Below are positions 1-9,449 of a stretch of 64,000 nucleotides of DNA, piece by piece. Each line of letters starts with the position of its first letter. Positions within the stretch are counted from its first letter, which is position 1. The stretch is from an uncultured Chloroflexia bacterium. Lineage in GTDB: Bacteria; Chloroflexota; Limnocylindria; Limnocylindrales; CSP1-4. Made by a program: the position numbers and the translations under genes. The notes under the pieces are model-generated. The model had not been told where the DNA came from. It made no database searches and was given only the letters and a program-made list of their open reading frames with translations. The DNA is taken from contig OY970149.1 in assembly GCA_963706095.1 (NCBI GenBank), forward strand, positions 2,179,398 through 2,243,397. The letters are read 5' to 3'.

Positions 1-1
1 C

Positions 2-3000
2 GAGGACCTGCGCGGCGTCCGGGCGCGCGAGCTGGGCCCGCATCTCGTCCTGCTGGCGCGCGACATGACCGGCTATCGCAGCCTTTGCCGGCTGGCCAGC
101 CACGCCCAGTTGGCCGGGACGAAGGGTGCGCCAAAGTTCACTCACGAGCTGCTGCGTCGAGATACGGAGGGTCTGATCGCGCTGTCCGGCTGCCGCCACG
201 GCGAGGTCGCGCGGCGGTTGCTGGCCGGCGACCGGGAAGGGGCACGTGACGCCGCGCGGAGACTCGCGGCTATGTATCCGGAAGCGTTCTACCTCGAGCT
301 CCAGCATCACCTGCTGCCCGACGACGACTGGCTCGTCTCCGAGACGGTTGCGCTCGCCGAGGAGACCGGGCTGCCCGTCGTGGTCACGAACGACGCCCAC
401 TACGCGCTGCCGGCCGACCGCGAGCTCCAGGACGTCCTGGTGTGCATCCGCCATGGCAAGCCGCTGGAGGAGAGCGCCCATTTGCGCCGGCCGAACGGCG
501 AGTACTACCTCAAGGGGACGGCCGATATGAACGCCCTGCCGCCGGCAACGGGCGCGCTCGGGCCCGCGGTCGCGCAGGCGTGGGCGGCGGGCATTCGGGC
601 GTCAGTAGAGGTGGCGAGCAGCTGCTCGGTCGACTTCGACTTCGAGCAGTACCGCTTCCCCGGGTTCCCGGTGCCGCGCGGCGAGACGGCGTTCTCATAC
701 CTCGAGCAGCTGTGCCATTCGGGCATGCGCTCGCGCTACGTGCCCTTGCGGCCGGGGGTGGTCAAGCAGCTCGCCCACGAGCTGGAGGTGATCGAGCGCA
801 CCGGCCTGGCCGAGTTCTTCCTGATCTGCTGGGACATCATGCGCTTCTGCCGCGACCGTGGCATCCCGGCGCAGGGCAGGGGTTCCGCCGGCGACTCGAT
901 CGTGGCCTATGTGCTGGGCATCACGCGCGTCGATCCGATCCGTCATCGGCTGCTCTTCGAGCGCTTCATCAACGAGGGCCGCACTTCGTATCCCGACGTC
1001 GACATCGACTTCGCCTCGTCGCGGCGCGAAGAGGTCATCCAGTACTGCTACGAGCTGTACGGCCCCGAGCACACGGGCATGGTCTGCAACCTGGTCACGT
1101 ATCGGGCTCGTTCGGCCGTGCGCGAGGTGGGCTACGCGCTCGGCTTCCCGCGGCCGCTGGTCGATCGCGTGGCCAAGGCGCTCGAGACATACGACTCAGT
1201 CATGGTCCGGCGCGACCTGGAGGCCGAGGGCGGCTTCGCCGAGTTCTTCACTCCCTCGCCGGCCGTCGGTGGGTCTGTGGGCGGATCAGTGGCGGCGGTG
1301 GTGTCGTCCGCCCTTGCTCATGAGCGTGGCTTCGTCGACGGCATGGGCCAGCTCAATGCGCGGCGTCGCCTGCCGCTCGAGCTGGCGCCGGTGGACGTCA
1401 AGCCCTTGGGCCGGGGAGGCGGGGGTCGGGGTCGGTCGGACGACGAGGGTGGCCCCGGCGACACGCCGGTCAGCATTCGCTGGCTGCGTGCCGAGCGCGA
1501 GGCGCGGGCTGATGCCGAGGAAGCCGAAGAGGCGGCCGAGGTCCACCCGGTGCTGGTGCGCCGGCCGCGCCGCGTCGATCCCGATCGTGACCGGGTGGCG
1601 CCAGACGACTACCGCCCACCCGCCCTGAAGAGCCCCGCATCCGGGCTGAAGAGTGGTGCCGTGACCACCCTGGCGGTCATCCATGGCGGTATGGATGGCG
1701 CGACGCCACTGGCAGCATCAAAAGACGGCTTACCTGCGTCTTTGGGCGGCCCATCTGCGTCAGCGGGCCACGATGCCGGCGCCAAGTCGGGTGCTACGGA
1801 AGGCGTTCACGCTCAGCGCGGCAGGGAGGATGCGTCCAGCCAAGCCGAATCGCCCCCGCAGGGCTCGGTTAGCGGCGCCAGTGATGCTGCTAGTGGCAAT
1901 GCGGCGGTAATCGGGGGTCTGGACCCGCTGGGGGAGCTGGAGCGTGTTTCGACGGTTGGGATGTCGCCCTGGGAGCGCTGGCTGGAGCTGACGGCGCGGA
2001 TCGACGGTTTCCCGCGACATCTGTCGATCCACACCGGCGGAATGCTCATCACCGCCGCGCCGTTGATCGACATCGCGCCGCTCGAGAGAGCCACGATGAA
2101 GGATCGTGTCGTAGTTCAATACGACAAACGTGACATCGAGACGATCAAACTCATCAAACTGGACCTGCTTGGCCTCAGGATGTTGAGCGCAATCGACGAT
2201 GCCCTACGAGATATTGCACAGGATTGCGCCACTCACGTCATCCTCGACCGGCTGCCGGAGGACATCCCGGACGTTTTCCGCATGATCCAGGCGGCCGACA
2301 CCGTCGGCGTCTTCCAGATCGAGAGTCGGGCTCAGATGCAGACCCTGCCGCGGAGCAGGCCGACCACGCTCGACGACCTCGTCGTCGAGGTGGCGATCAT
2401 CCGGCCCGGCCCGATCCAGGGCAATGCCGTTCACCCGTACCTCAGAAGAAGGCAGGGCAAGGAGCCGGTGACATACCTCCATCCGAGCCTCGCGCCGGCG
2501 CTCGAGGAGACGATGGGCGTGATCCTCTACCAGGAGCAGGTGATGAAGATCGCCATCGACGTCGCCGGCTTCAGCGCGGCCGAATCGGACGGCTTCAGAC
2601 GGGCGATGGGAACCTGGCGATCGTCCAGGGAGATGGAGAAGCTCCACGCCCGCTTCGTGGATGGCTGCCAGACGCGCAACGGCCTGAGCGTGGAGCAGGC
2701 GGAGGAGCTGTTTCGCCAGGTCGCGGCCTTCGCCAGCTTCGGCTTCAACAAGAGCCACGCGGCCGCCTTCGCGCGCACCGCGTATGAAAGCTCCTTTCTG
2801 AAGCTGTTCTACCCGGCTCAGTTCGTGACCGGGCTGATCAACGCCCAGCCGATGGGCTTCTACCCGGTCGAGGTGCTCATCAACGATGCCAAGCGCCACG
2901 GCGTGTGCGTCCTGCCAGTCGACGTCAACCGCAGCCGCTACCGGTCCACGACCGAGTGGGTGGGCATGCCCGATGAGCCACTCCCCGCAGATGCCGGCAT

Positions 3001-3871
3001 CGACGAACGGCCGGCACCTGTCCAGTCATCCGGTTGCGTGATCCCATCCAAGGACACGCGCGACCGCTGGGCGGCCGCCAGCGCTGAGGCCTATGGGATT
3101 CGCCTCGGACTTCATCTGGTCAAGGGCATCGGCGAGCAAGAGGGCGACGCGCTCGACGCGGAGCTGGGCCGCGCCGGCCCGTATCGCTCGCTGGCCGATC
3201 TCGTGGAGCGGACCGAACTGTCCGAAGAGGTCGTCGGCCGGCTCATTCGCTCCGGCGCGCTCGATTCATTGGGCGAGCCACGACGCAAGCTGCTGTGGCA
3301 GCTGCGCGAGGTGGCCGGCGCCGCACGCAGGACAGGCGCCCGACCCTCGACGCGGAAAGCAAGGACGCTCGACCTCCGCCTGCCGCCGACGGATGCACCC
3401 GATCTTCCGCCCCCATCCGAGCTCGAGCGGGTGGGCGATGCCTACGCCATCCTCTCGCTCGACGCCCGCCACCAGGTGATCGAGCTCTTCCGCCCTGCGC
3501 TGGATCGGCTGGGTGTTTTGCGCGCCGGGGCGCTGGCGGATGCGAAACCCGGCCGGGTGAGAATCGGTGGCCTGGTCGTCACCCGTCAGCACCCGATGAC
3601 CGCGCGGGGCACGGTCTTCCTGGCGCTCGAGGACGAGACCGGAATGGTCAACGTCACGCTATGGCCGGACACGTGGGCAAGGTTCCGTGGAACCGTGCGG
3701 CGCCACGCGCTGCTCTACGTCGAGGGCCCGCTCGAGCGCGAATCGGACGTGGTCAACGTCATCGCGGACAGGGTTGAGTCGCTTTCCGAGATCGCCCGAC
3801 CGGCCGGCGGGCCGACTTCACCGCAGGGCGTCCGCCACATGGGCCACGCCGGAATGCGCCGCGTCGGCTGA
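2..3871 (+). CDS. dnaE2: Error-prone DNA polymerase III alpha-type subunit (DnaE2/ImuC-like). The 5' end lies outside the window. Contains a ~0.7 kb low-complexity insertion.
   Basis: The frame is open from nt 2 (..HLVLLARDMTGYRSLCRLAS..), typical of the region after the PHP domain. PolIIIa core motifs are present (FFLICWDIMRF, PDVDIDF, PRHLSIHTGGMLI, FNKSHAAAF). The protein ends in an OB fold, GTVFLALEDETGMVNVTLW, with no tau-binding tail, which is the DnaE2 pattern. Confidence 0.85.
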   Translation, partial: EDLRGVRARELGPHLVLLARDMTGYRSLCRLASHAQLAGTKGAPKFTHELLRRDTEGLIALSGCRHGEVARRLLAGDREGARDAARRLAAMYPEAFYLELQHHLLPDDDWLVSETVALAEETGLPVVVTNDAHYALPADRELQDVLVCIRHGKPLEESAHLRRPNGEYYLKGTADMNALPPATGALGPAVAQAWAAGIRASVEVASSCSVDFDFEQYRFPGFPVPRGETAFSYLEQLCHSGMRSRYVPLRPGVVKQLAHELEVIERTGLAEFFLICWDIMRFCRDRGIPAQGRGSAGDSIVAYVLGITRVDPIRHRLLFERFINEGRTSYPDVDIDFASSRREEVIQYCYELYGPEHTGMVCNLVTYRARSAVREVGYALGFPRPLVDRVAKALETYDSVMVRRDLEAEGGFAEFFTPSPAVGGSVGGSVAAVVSSALAHERGFVDGMGQLNARRRLPLELAPVDVKPLGRGGGGRGRSDDEGGPGDTPVSIRWLRAEREARADAEEAEEAAEVHPVLVRRPRRVDPDRDRVAPDDYRPPALKSPASGLKSGAVTTLAVIHGGMDGATPLAASKDGLPASLGGPSASAGHDAGAKSGATEGVHAQRGREDASSQAESPPQGSVSGASDAASGNAAVIGGLDPLGELERVSTVGMSPWERWLELTARIDGFPRHLSIHTGGMLITAAPLIDIAPLERATMKDRVVVQYDKRDIETIKLIKLDLLGLRMLSAIDDALRDIAQDCATHVILDRLPEDIPDVFRMIQAADTVGVFQIESRAQMQTLPRSRPTTLDDLVVEVAIIRPGPIQGNAVHPYLRRRQGKEPVTYLHPSLAPALEETMGVILYQEQVMKIAIDVAGFSAAESDGFRRAMGTWRSSREMEKLHARFVDGCQTRNGLSVEQAEELFRQVAAFASFGFNKSHAAAFARTAYESSFLKLFYPAQFVTGLINAQPMGFYPVEVLINDAKRHGVCVLPVDVNRSRYRSTTEWVGMPDEPLPADAGIDERPAPVQSSGCVIPSKDTRDRWAAASAEAYGIRLGLHLVKGIGEQEGDALDAELGRAGPYRSLADLVERTELSEEVVGRLIRSGALDSLGEPRRKLLWQLREVAGAARRTGARPSTRKARTLDLRLPPTDAPDLPPPSELERVGDAYAILSLDARHQVIELFRPALDRLGVLRAGALADAKPGRVRIGGLVVTRQHPMTARGTVFLALEDETGMVNVTLWPDTWARFRGTVRRHALLYVEGPLERESDVVNVIADRVESLSEIARPAGGPTSPQGVRHMGHAGMRRVG
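1705..1898 (+). repeat. Interspersed structured element, copy 1 (inside the dnaE2 ORF)
   Basis: Left arm GCCACTGGCAGCATC (1705-1719) is complementary to right arm GATGCTGCTAGTGGC (1883-1897) with one G-T pair. The same termini occur at 21351-21522 and 54412-54613. Confidence 0.75.
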
Positions 3872-3930
3872 CGCCTGCCGGGCTCCTACCCGCTCTGCCG
3901 GCCGCCTCCACCGCTCTGCCTGCCGAACCT

Positions 3931-4276
3931 ATCCGCTCAGCGGGTCATTCGTCCGGCGGACCGCCGAATCCGGGCACTTGATGCTCAGCGGTTCGGCTGC
4001 TTTCCACTCAGCGTGCCGCCCGCTTCCCACTCAGCGGTTCATTCGTCCGGTGGACACTCCGATCCGCCCGCCGGATGAAGGATTCAAGGCTGTGGTGCTC
4101 GCACGACGCGAATTGGTGAGCCAATCCATGCACCCGCGTGCATGAAATCGCTCGGGTTGGGCTAGCTCGAGACAGGTCGAGGGAGTTCGGCGGACATTTC
4201 ACCCGCTCAGCGGCAAGCGGGCGGATAAATCACCCACTCAGCGGGAAGCGGGCGGACGAATCACCCGCTCAGCGGG
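3931..4276. repeat. REP/REPIN-like cluster: forward copies at 3933-3955 and 4026-4049 (plus degenerate copies), and three tandem 31-nt reverse copies at 4188-4276
   Basis: The unit is a palindromic core CCCGCT(C/G)AGCGGG followed by TCATTCGTCCG. Forward and reverse copies face each other in the convergent spacer between dnaE2 and the next gene. The same unit recurs at 47949-48187. Confidence 0.8.
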
Positions 4277-4303
4277 TAACCCTGGCGGGGCGGGGTAGGG
4301 AGG

Positions 4304-5056
4304 CTAGGTCGGCCGCTGCTTGGCCTGTTTGCGCGCCTCCTGGCGCTCGGTGCGGCGCTGGTCGCGCTGGCGCGTCTCCTGATCGGCACGGCGTTGCTGG
4401 CCGCGCTGCTGCATCTGGCGCAGGAAGTCGCGGTACCACGCCGCGAACGCCGCCGCGAGGGTGCCGTAGAGGGCGCCGATGACGAGCATCTGCGAGAAGA
4501 CGGCAAGCGGCTCGCTGGCATTGAGCCCTGGCGCGCCCGTCCCACCGGTCACGTCCGTGCCCATGTACAGGAAGGCAGTTGCCCACAGCACGCCCGCAAG
4601 GAGGCCGTAGAGCAACCCGACGAGATAGGACGAGCGTGGCGACACGAAGCCGGCAATGAAGAACGTGAACAGCGCCGGTGGTACGAAGAAGAACTGGACG
4701 AAGAGCAGCATCAGGCCCTGGACCTGGACGTCCATCCCGGGCGCGATGAGGGTCAGCCCAAAGCCGACAAGCAGGAGCAGCAGGGGCAGCCACATCAGCC
4801 GTCGCGACATGAATGTCTGGGGCAGCGCCTTCAGGTCGGAACGGATGTCGGGCATGCGGAACATCGGCCGGCGCGGCTGTGCCGCTGGTGTCGCCTCGAG
4901 GGCGTCTGTCGATTCCTCGGAGAGCTCGTCTCCGGCAAGCTCGGCGCGCTCGATGTCGCGCGTGCGGCGCCGAGCCTCGGCGCGGGACGTGTTCTTGGCG
5001 CGTGCCAATGCCGACTCCTGTGCAGGGATGAAGGGGCTCGGGCTAGCGTAGCGCAT
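4304..5056 (-). CDS. Hypothetical multi-pass membrane protein with charged N- and C-terminal tails
   Basis: 250-aa ORF with several hydrophobic segments (LMWLPLLLLLVGFGLTLIA, FFFVPPALFTFFIAGFV, LVGLLYGLLAGVLWATAFLY) and an R/Q/E-rich C-terminus. No family recognised. Confidence 0.6.
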   Translation of the reverse strand: MRYASPSPFIPAQESALARAKNTSRAEARRRTRDIERAELAGDELSEESTDALEATPAAQPRRPMFRMPDIRSDLKALPQTFMSRRLMWLPLLLLLVGFGLTLIAPGMDVQVQGLMLLFVQFFFVPPALFTFFIAGFVSPRSSYLVGLLYGLLAGVLWATAFLYMGTDVTGGTGAPGLNASEPLAVFSQMLVIGALYGTLAAAFAAWYRDFLRQMQQRGQQRRADQETRQRDQRRTERQEARKQAKQRPT

Positions 5057-5151
5057 GGTCCGATGAGCGCCGAATAAGCGACAGATAAGAACCTGCCGGC
5101 AAACTTCACAGCCTCGCCAAAGTTGACCCGATCCCGCCGCGCAATGAGGCG

Positions 5152-8100
5152 GTGGCTATGGCATCCGCGGCGCGCCGACGACGATCTATTCGATTCGGCC
5201 TGGTACTCACGTTGTTTGCTCTCTTGGCCGCGGCCCGGCCGTCGGCGCTGGTCGGCCACACCGACCAACCGGGTTTCCTCGATCTCGCCGCTGCGGCCGC
5301 CACGTGGCCAACCTCGTCGACCTTGCTGGTGTCGGAAGTCGTGACTGGCGGCGCGAGCGCATTGGACGAGCTGGTGGAGATCTACAACGCGTCATCAACG
5401 ATGGTCGACCTGGCCGGCCTGGAGCTGGTTTATGTCACGGCCAGCGGATCGACCGTGTCGCGCAAGCAGACCTGGACCTCGCTCGCGGTGCCGTCGCATG
5501 CCCACGTGCTGATTGCGAACTCCGCCGGTGCCTGGGCTGGGTTCGCAGACGGCCTGTACTCGGGTGGCTTCTCCGCCACGGGCGGATCCGTGGCACTGCG
5601 CACGCTCGACGGGGCAGTGATCGACTCGCTGAGCTGGGGAGAGGCGTCAAGCATCTTCGTCGAGGGCACGGCAGGTGCCGCGCCGCCGGCGGGATCGAGT
5701 CTCGAGCGGCTGCCGGGCGGCGCGCTCGGCAACGCGACGGACACCAACAACAACTCGGTGGACGCGTACGTCCAGGCCGTGCCGGTGGCGCACTCACTGT
5801 CATCCGGTGCGCTGCCGGTCCCCACTCAGACGCCGCTGCCAACGCCTCTGCCAACTGAAGCCCCGACGGACACGCCGACGGATTTGCCGTCGCCGGTCCC
5901 CACTCAAGAGCCCACGCTCGAGCCCTCGCCGACGGAGTTCAGTGAGCCGACACCGGCGCCCACGGACACTCCGATGGAGGAGCCAACGCCCAGCGTCGGG
6001 CCTTCACTGGGATCGAGCCCGAGTACGCCGCCAACACCCACGCCAACACCCACGCCAACTGCAACGCCAACTGCAACGCCAACACCCACGCCAACACCCA
6101 CGCCGACGCCTACTCCAACCCCAACTCCGACACCCACACCCACGCCTACTCCAACCCCAACTCCGACTCCAGCCCCAACTCCGACACCAACCCCAACGCC
6201 GACACCAACCCCAACGCCGACGCCGACCCCAACTCCCACGCCGACATCCATGGCCATCGCTGAGGCTCGATCCCGCGCCATCGGCGCCACGGTCCGCGTC
6301 ACTGGAATCGTTGCGGGTTCAGCAGGCGTGATCCTGGACGGCGCGACCATCGCCATCGCCGACGGCACGGCCGGCATCTTCGTGCGGATGCCGGACGGAG
6401 CGCCACAGATCGCTCTCGGGCGCGGCGTGGTGGTCAGCGGAGTGCTCGCGGCGCCGTACGGCAACCTCGAGCTGCGCGTCAGTGACGGCGGCTTTCAGTT
6501 CCGAGCCGAGCAACTGGCACCCATACCGGCCGCCGTCACGCTCGCCGATGTTGGCGAGGACACTGAAGGAGAACTGGTTCGCGTCACAGTGACGGTCACC
6601 GGCATCACGACCGGTTCCGGCTCGGTCACGCTGTCCGTCACTGACTCCAGCGGCGAGGGCCGCGTCTTCTTCCACGCGCCACTCGGAGTGGTGCGTGACG
6701 ACTACAGCGTCGGCGATCGGCTGACCGTGACAGGGTTGGTCGGCGATCGACTCGGCCTGTACCGCATCTGGCCCAGGAGCCGGGCAGACGTCGTGCTTGA
6801 CCAGCCGGCGCCGACACCAACGCCACGCCCAACCGCCACGCCACGGCCCACCGCCACGCCCAGACCGACGGCCACCCCGCGTCCCACCGCCACACCACGA
6901 CCGACAGCCACGCCTCGGGCCACGGCCACACCTCGTGCTACCGCGACGCCCAGGCCATCGAGCACCGTGCGCCCGAGCACGGCTCCCACAGTCGGAATCG
7001 CCGAGGCCCTGCGGCGACAGGGGCAGGCGGTCACGGTCGAGGGTGTCGTGACGACGCGACCGGGCCTGCTCGACAGTGCCGAGGAGCGCGTGGCGCTCCA
7101 GGATTCGGGCGGCGCGGTGCTTCTCCGGTTGCCTGAGAACGTCAGCGTCTCGGTCGGCCAGCGCGTCCGCGCATCGGGCGAGATCGGCACCTACTACGGT
7201 GCGCCCCAGCTCACGGCGGAAACCCTGACCGTGCTCGGCCAGGGCAGTGCGGCCACCACGAACATCGACCGGGCGCCGATCGCTCCAGGACTCGAATGGC
7301 GCCTGGTCACGGTCAGTGGCGTCGTCGAGTCGGTGCACCGCGACGGCGATGCGTGGCGCGCCGAGCTGGTAGTCAACGGCGGGACGATCCCAATCTCGGG
7401 AATCGATCGCAGCGGCATCCCGTCGACGGCGCTCGAAGAAGGTCGCCGCGCGACGATCACCGGCGTGGTTAAGCGCGCCTATCCCACGGCCTCCGATCAA
7501 CGGCTGGCGGTCGTGCCACGCACCAACGCCGACATCCAACTTGGGCAGGCGGCCGCTACCGGCGAGCCCCAACCGGGATCAACCCCGAATGGTGGCAACG
7601 GACCCGGCGCCGAATCCACGCCACGCGCATCGAGCGGACCGACCGATCGGCCGCAGCCCGGGCAGACCGCCGCTCCTGGCTCCTCCGCGGCGCCGGGCTC
7701 GGCTGCCGCGCCGGGCTCGGCTGCCACGCCGGCTGGAGATGTCGGCACGGTTGTCCGAATTGACGAGCTCGAGCAGCACGTCGGCAGCAGAGTGCGGCTC
7801 GGTGCCACGGTCATCGCGACTGCCGGCTCGACGCTGACGATCGACGACGGAAGCGGGACGGCCCATGTCCGTCTCACCGGGGAGGCAGTCACGCTCGCCG
7901 GGGACCTTAGCGTCGGCGAGCTGGTCAACGTCAGCGGCACGGTTGGGCGAACAGGGGATGGCGGGCTCGAGATCGTCGTCGACGATCCGGCCGCGGTCAT
8001 GCACCAGGCGATCGTCACGAGCGGACCTGATGCGACTCCAGGCGCCACGGACGGGGGAGTTCTCGGCAGCCGCGAGACGCCAATCGGCAGTGCCAGCGTC

Positions 8101-8244
8101 GCTGACAACCGTCTCCCGGCGATCGCCATCGCGGTCATCCTTGTGCTTGCCGCAACCGCTCTGGCCGGGGTCGCGCTGGCAGGCCCGAGCCGCCGCGAAC
8201 GGGTTCTGGCGAGCGCCAAGCGCCTGGTTGGTCGTATGGCCTGA
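5152..8244 (+). CDS. Lamin-tail-domain (LTD) cell-surface protein with PT-rich linkers, repeated OB-fold-like modules and a C-terminal membrane anchor
   Basis: N-terminal signal-like segment. LTD-like stretch [35 protein letters not shown]. Long (PT)n and (PTATPR)n linkers. Repeated modules of the form ..V.V.G.V....G....D..G.. as in ExeM/NucH-type proteins. C-terminal TM segment [24 protein letters not shown]. Confidence 0.7.
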   Translation: MAMASAARRRRSIRFGLVLTLFALLAAARPSALVGHTDQPGFLDLAAAAATWPTSSTLLVSEVVTGGASALDELVEIYNASSTMVDLAGLELVYVTASGSTVSRKQTWTSLAVPSHAHVLIANSAGAWAGFADGLYSGGFSATGGSVALRTLDGAVIDSLSWGEASSIFVEGTAGAAPPAGSSLERLPGGALGNATDTNNNSVDAYVQAVPVAHSLSSGALPVPTQTPLPTPLPTEAPTDTPTDLPSPVPTQEPTLEPSPTEFSEPTPAPTDTPMEEPTPSVGPSLGSSPSTPPTPTPTPTPTATPTATPTPTPTPTPTPTPTPTPTPTPTPTPTPTPTPAPTPTPTPTPTPTPTPTPTPTPTPTSMAIAEARSRAIGATVRVTGIVAGSAGVILDGATIAIADGTAGIFVRMPDGAPQIALGRGVVVSGVLAAPYGNLELRVSDGGFQFRAEQLAPIPAAVTLADVGEDTEGELVRVTVTVTGITTGSGSVTLSVTDSSGEGRVFFHAPLGVVRDDYSVGDRLTVTGLVGDRLGLYRIWPRSRADVVLDQPAPTPTPRPTATPRPTATPRPTATPRPTATPRPTATPRATATPRATATPRPSSTVRPSTAPTVGIAEALRRQGQAVTVEGVVTTRPGLLDSAEERVALQDSGGAVLLRLPENVSVSVGQRVRASGEIGTYYGAPQLTAETLTVLGQGSAATTNIDRAPIAPGLEWRLVTVSGVVESVHRDGDAWRAELVVNGGTIPISGIDRSGIPSTALEEGRRATITGVVKRAYPTASDQRLAVVPRTNADIQLGQAAATGEPQPGSTPNGGNGPGAESTPRASSGPTDRPQPGQTAAPGSSAAPGSAAAPGSAATPAGDVGTVVRIDELEQHVGSRVRLGATVIATAGSTLTIDDGSGTAHVRLTGEAVTLAGDLSVGELVNVSGTVGRTGDGGLEIVVDDPAAVMHQAIVTSGPDATPGATDGGVLGSRETPIGSASVADNRLPAIAIAVILVLAATALAGVALAGPSRRERVLASAKRLVGRMA
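6022..6245 (+). repeat. Coding microsatellite (6-nt period, Pro-Thr linker)
   Basis: Translates as PTPTPTPT... within the LTD protein. Direct read of acgcca/acaccc-type hexamers. Confidence 0.9.
6805..6955 (+). repeat. Coding tandem repeat (18-nt period, PTATPR, about 8 units)
   Basis: Translates as [20 protein letters not shown]... within the LTD protein. Confidence 0.9.
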
Positions 8245-8256
8245 TTTGACGCTCGC

Positions 8257-8311
8257 GTGAGCGTGAAACTAGAGTCTCGCCACGCTCACCCGAGCGTGGC
8301 GAGACAGGAGG
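8257..8311 (+). promoter_or_regulatory. Leader with two mutually exclusive hairpins ending at the SD of the nucleoside phosphorylase gene
   Basis: GTGAGCGTG (8257-8265) can pair with CACGCTCAC (8281-8289). Alternatively TCTCGCCACGCTC (8275-8287) pairs with GAGCGTGGCGAGA (8292-8304), a 13-bp stem with a 4-nt loop. AGGAGG lies at 8306-8311. Confidence 0.5.
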
Positions 8312-8315
8312 ACGT

Positions 8316-9170
8316 GTGGCCGAAGCCGACCGACGCGTGGCGCTGCCCGATACGGATAGGCAGTACCACATCGATTGCGCACCGGGCGAGCTCGCCGAGT
8401 ACATCCTTCTGCCGGGTGACCAGGACCGCACGGCCAAGGTCGCAACGCGCTTCGAAAGCGTCGAATTCCAGAAGCGCCATCGCGAATTCGCTGTGGCCAC
8501 GGGCATGTTCAAGGGGCGGCGCGTGTCCTGTGTGTCGACCGGTATCGGCACCGACAACGTCGAGATCGTGCTCGCCGAGATACTCGCCATAACGAGCAAG
8601 CCGACCTTCATCAGGATCGGCTCGTGCGGCGTGCTGCGCGATGACATCGAGCTCGGCGACCTCGTGATCACGACCGGCGCGGTGCGCCTCGAGGCAACGA
8701 CCAACTACTTCGTCCACGAGGGTTACCCGGCCGTGGCCAGCTACCAGGCGGTGTGCGCGCTGGTGGAGGCCGCTCATCGGCTGGGCATTAAGGCGCACCT
8801 GGGCATCACGGCGACTGCGCCGGGCTTCTACGGAGCGCAGGGCAGGCCGATTCCACAGCTTCCGATCCGCTTTCCGGGTCTAGCCGACGAGATGACGCGC
8901 CAGGGTGTGGCCAACTTCGAGATGGAGGCGTCGGCCCTACTGGTGCTCGCAGGGTTGGCAGGATGCCGCGCAGGCGTCGTCTGCACGGCGTACGCTCAGC
9001 GTGTGAGCGGCCTTTTCGTGCAGGGCGAGCAGAAGGAGCGCGCCGAAGCGGCGTGCATCGACACGGGGCTGGAGGCATTGAGCCTGCTGGCCGAGATGGA
9101 TGAAGCCGTGCACGCTGAAGGGGCGTTGCACTGGCGGCCCTCCCTGTGGAGTCCAATCGTGGCATCCTGA
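8316..9170 (+). CDS. Nucleoside phosphorylase (PNP/UDP family 1, uridine/purine nucleoside phosphorylase-like)
   Basis: 284 aa. Motifs YILLPGDQDR, VSTGIGTDNVEIVLAE and FEMEASAL are typical of the PNP_UDP_1 fold. GTG start lies 4 nt after AGGAGG. Confidence 0.75.
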   Translation: MAEADRRVALPDTDRQYHIDCAPGELAEYILLPGDQDRTAKVATRFESVEFQKRHREFAVATGMFKGRRVSCVSTGIGTDNVEIVLAEILAITSKPTFIRIGSCGVLRDDIELGDLVITTGAVRLEATTNYFVHEGYPAVASYQAVCALVEAAHRLGIKAHLGITATAPGFYGAQGRPIPQLPIRFPGLADEMTRQGVANFEMEASALLVLAGLAGCRAGVVCTAYAQRVSGLFVQGEQKERAEAACIDTGLEALSLLAEMDEAVHAEGALHWRPSLWSPIVAS

Positions 9171-9250
9171 GGGGAGGGGCACGCTTGGAGCCGTGGCGAA
9201 CGACCTCGGCCCGCATGTTGATCTTGGTAAGGAACTAGAAGGAGAGAGAA

Positions 9251-9391
9251 GTGGCAGAGGCCTACTGCGTCCGAGACAAGATGAAGGTCGAGATCCAGAA
9301 CCCCGAGAAGATCACGATGAAGAACGGCAAGCCGGCGACGAAGGGCACCTGTCCCAAATGCGGCAACAGCGTCTTCCGCATCGGCGGCTGA
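9251..9391 (+). CDS. Small zinc-ribbon-like protein (DUF5679-like), 46 aa; not in the supplied ORF track
   Basis: GTG start preceded by GGAGAGAG. Translation VAEAYCVRDKMKVEIQNPEKITMKNGKPATKGTCPKCGNSVFRIGG resembles the DUF5679 pattern (..ITMKNG.PA..G.CP.CG...FRIG). A strong terminator follows. Confidence 0.7.
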   Translation: MAEAYCVRDKMKVEIQNPEKITMKNGKPATKGTCPKCGNSVFRIGG

Positions 9392-9415
9392 ACACCAGAT
9401 CCTGAGAGGGAGGCT

Positions 9416-9448
9416 GGGGTCCCGGTTCGCCGGGACCCCATTTTGATT
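9416..9448 (+). terminator. Intrinsic terminator
   Basis: GGGGTCCCGG-TTCG-CCGGGACCCC (10-bp GC stem) followed by ATTTTGATT. Confidence 0.85.
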
Positions 9449-9449
9449 C

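Noticed and set aside
1247-1960. Intein or self-splicing intron in dnaE2
   Set aside because: There is no Cys/Ser at the N-junction, no HN-Cys/Ser/Thr C-junction and no homing-endonuclease blocks. The frame stays open and the sequence is low-complexity, which fits a translated insertion better.
6022-6955. CRISPR-like regular repeats
   Set aside because: The periodicity is 6 and 18 nt with no spacers, and it lies in-frame inside a large ORF encoding PT and PTATPR linkers.
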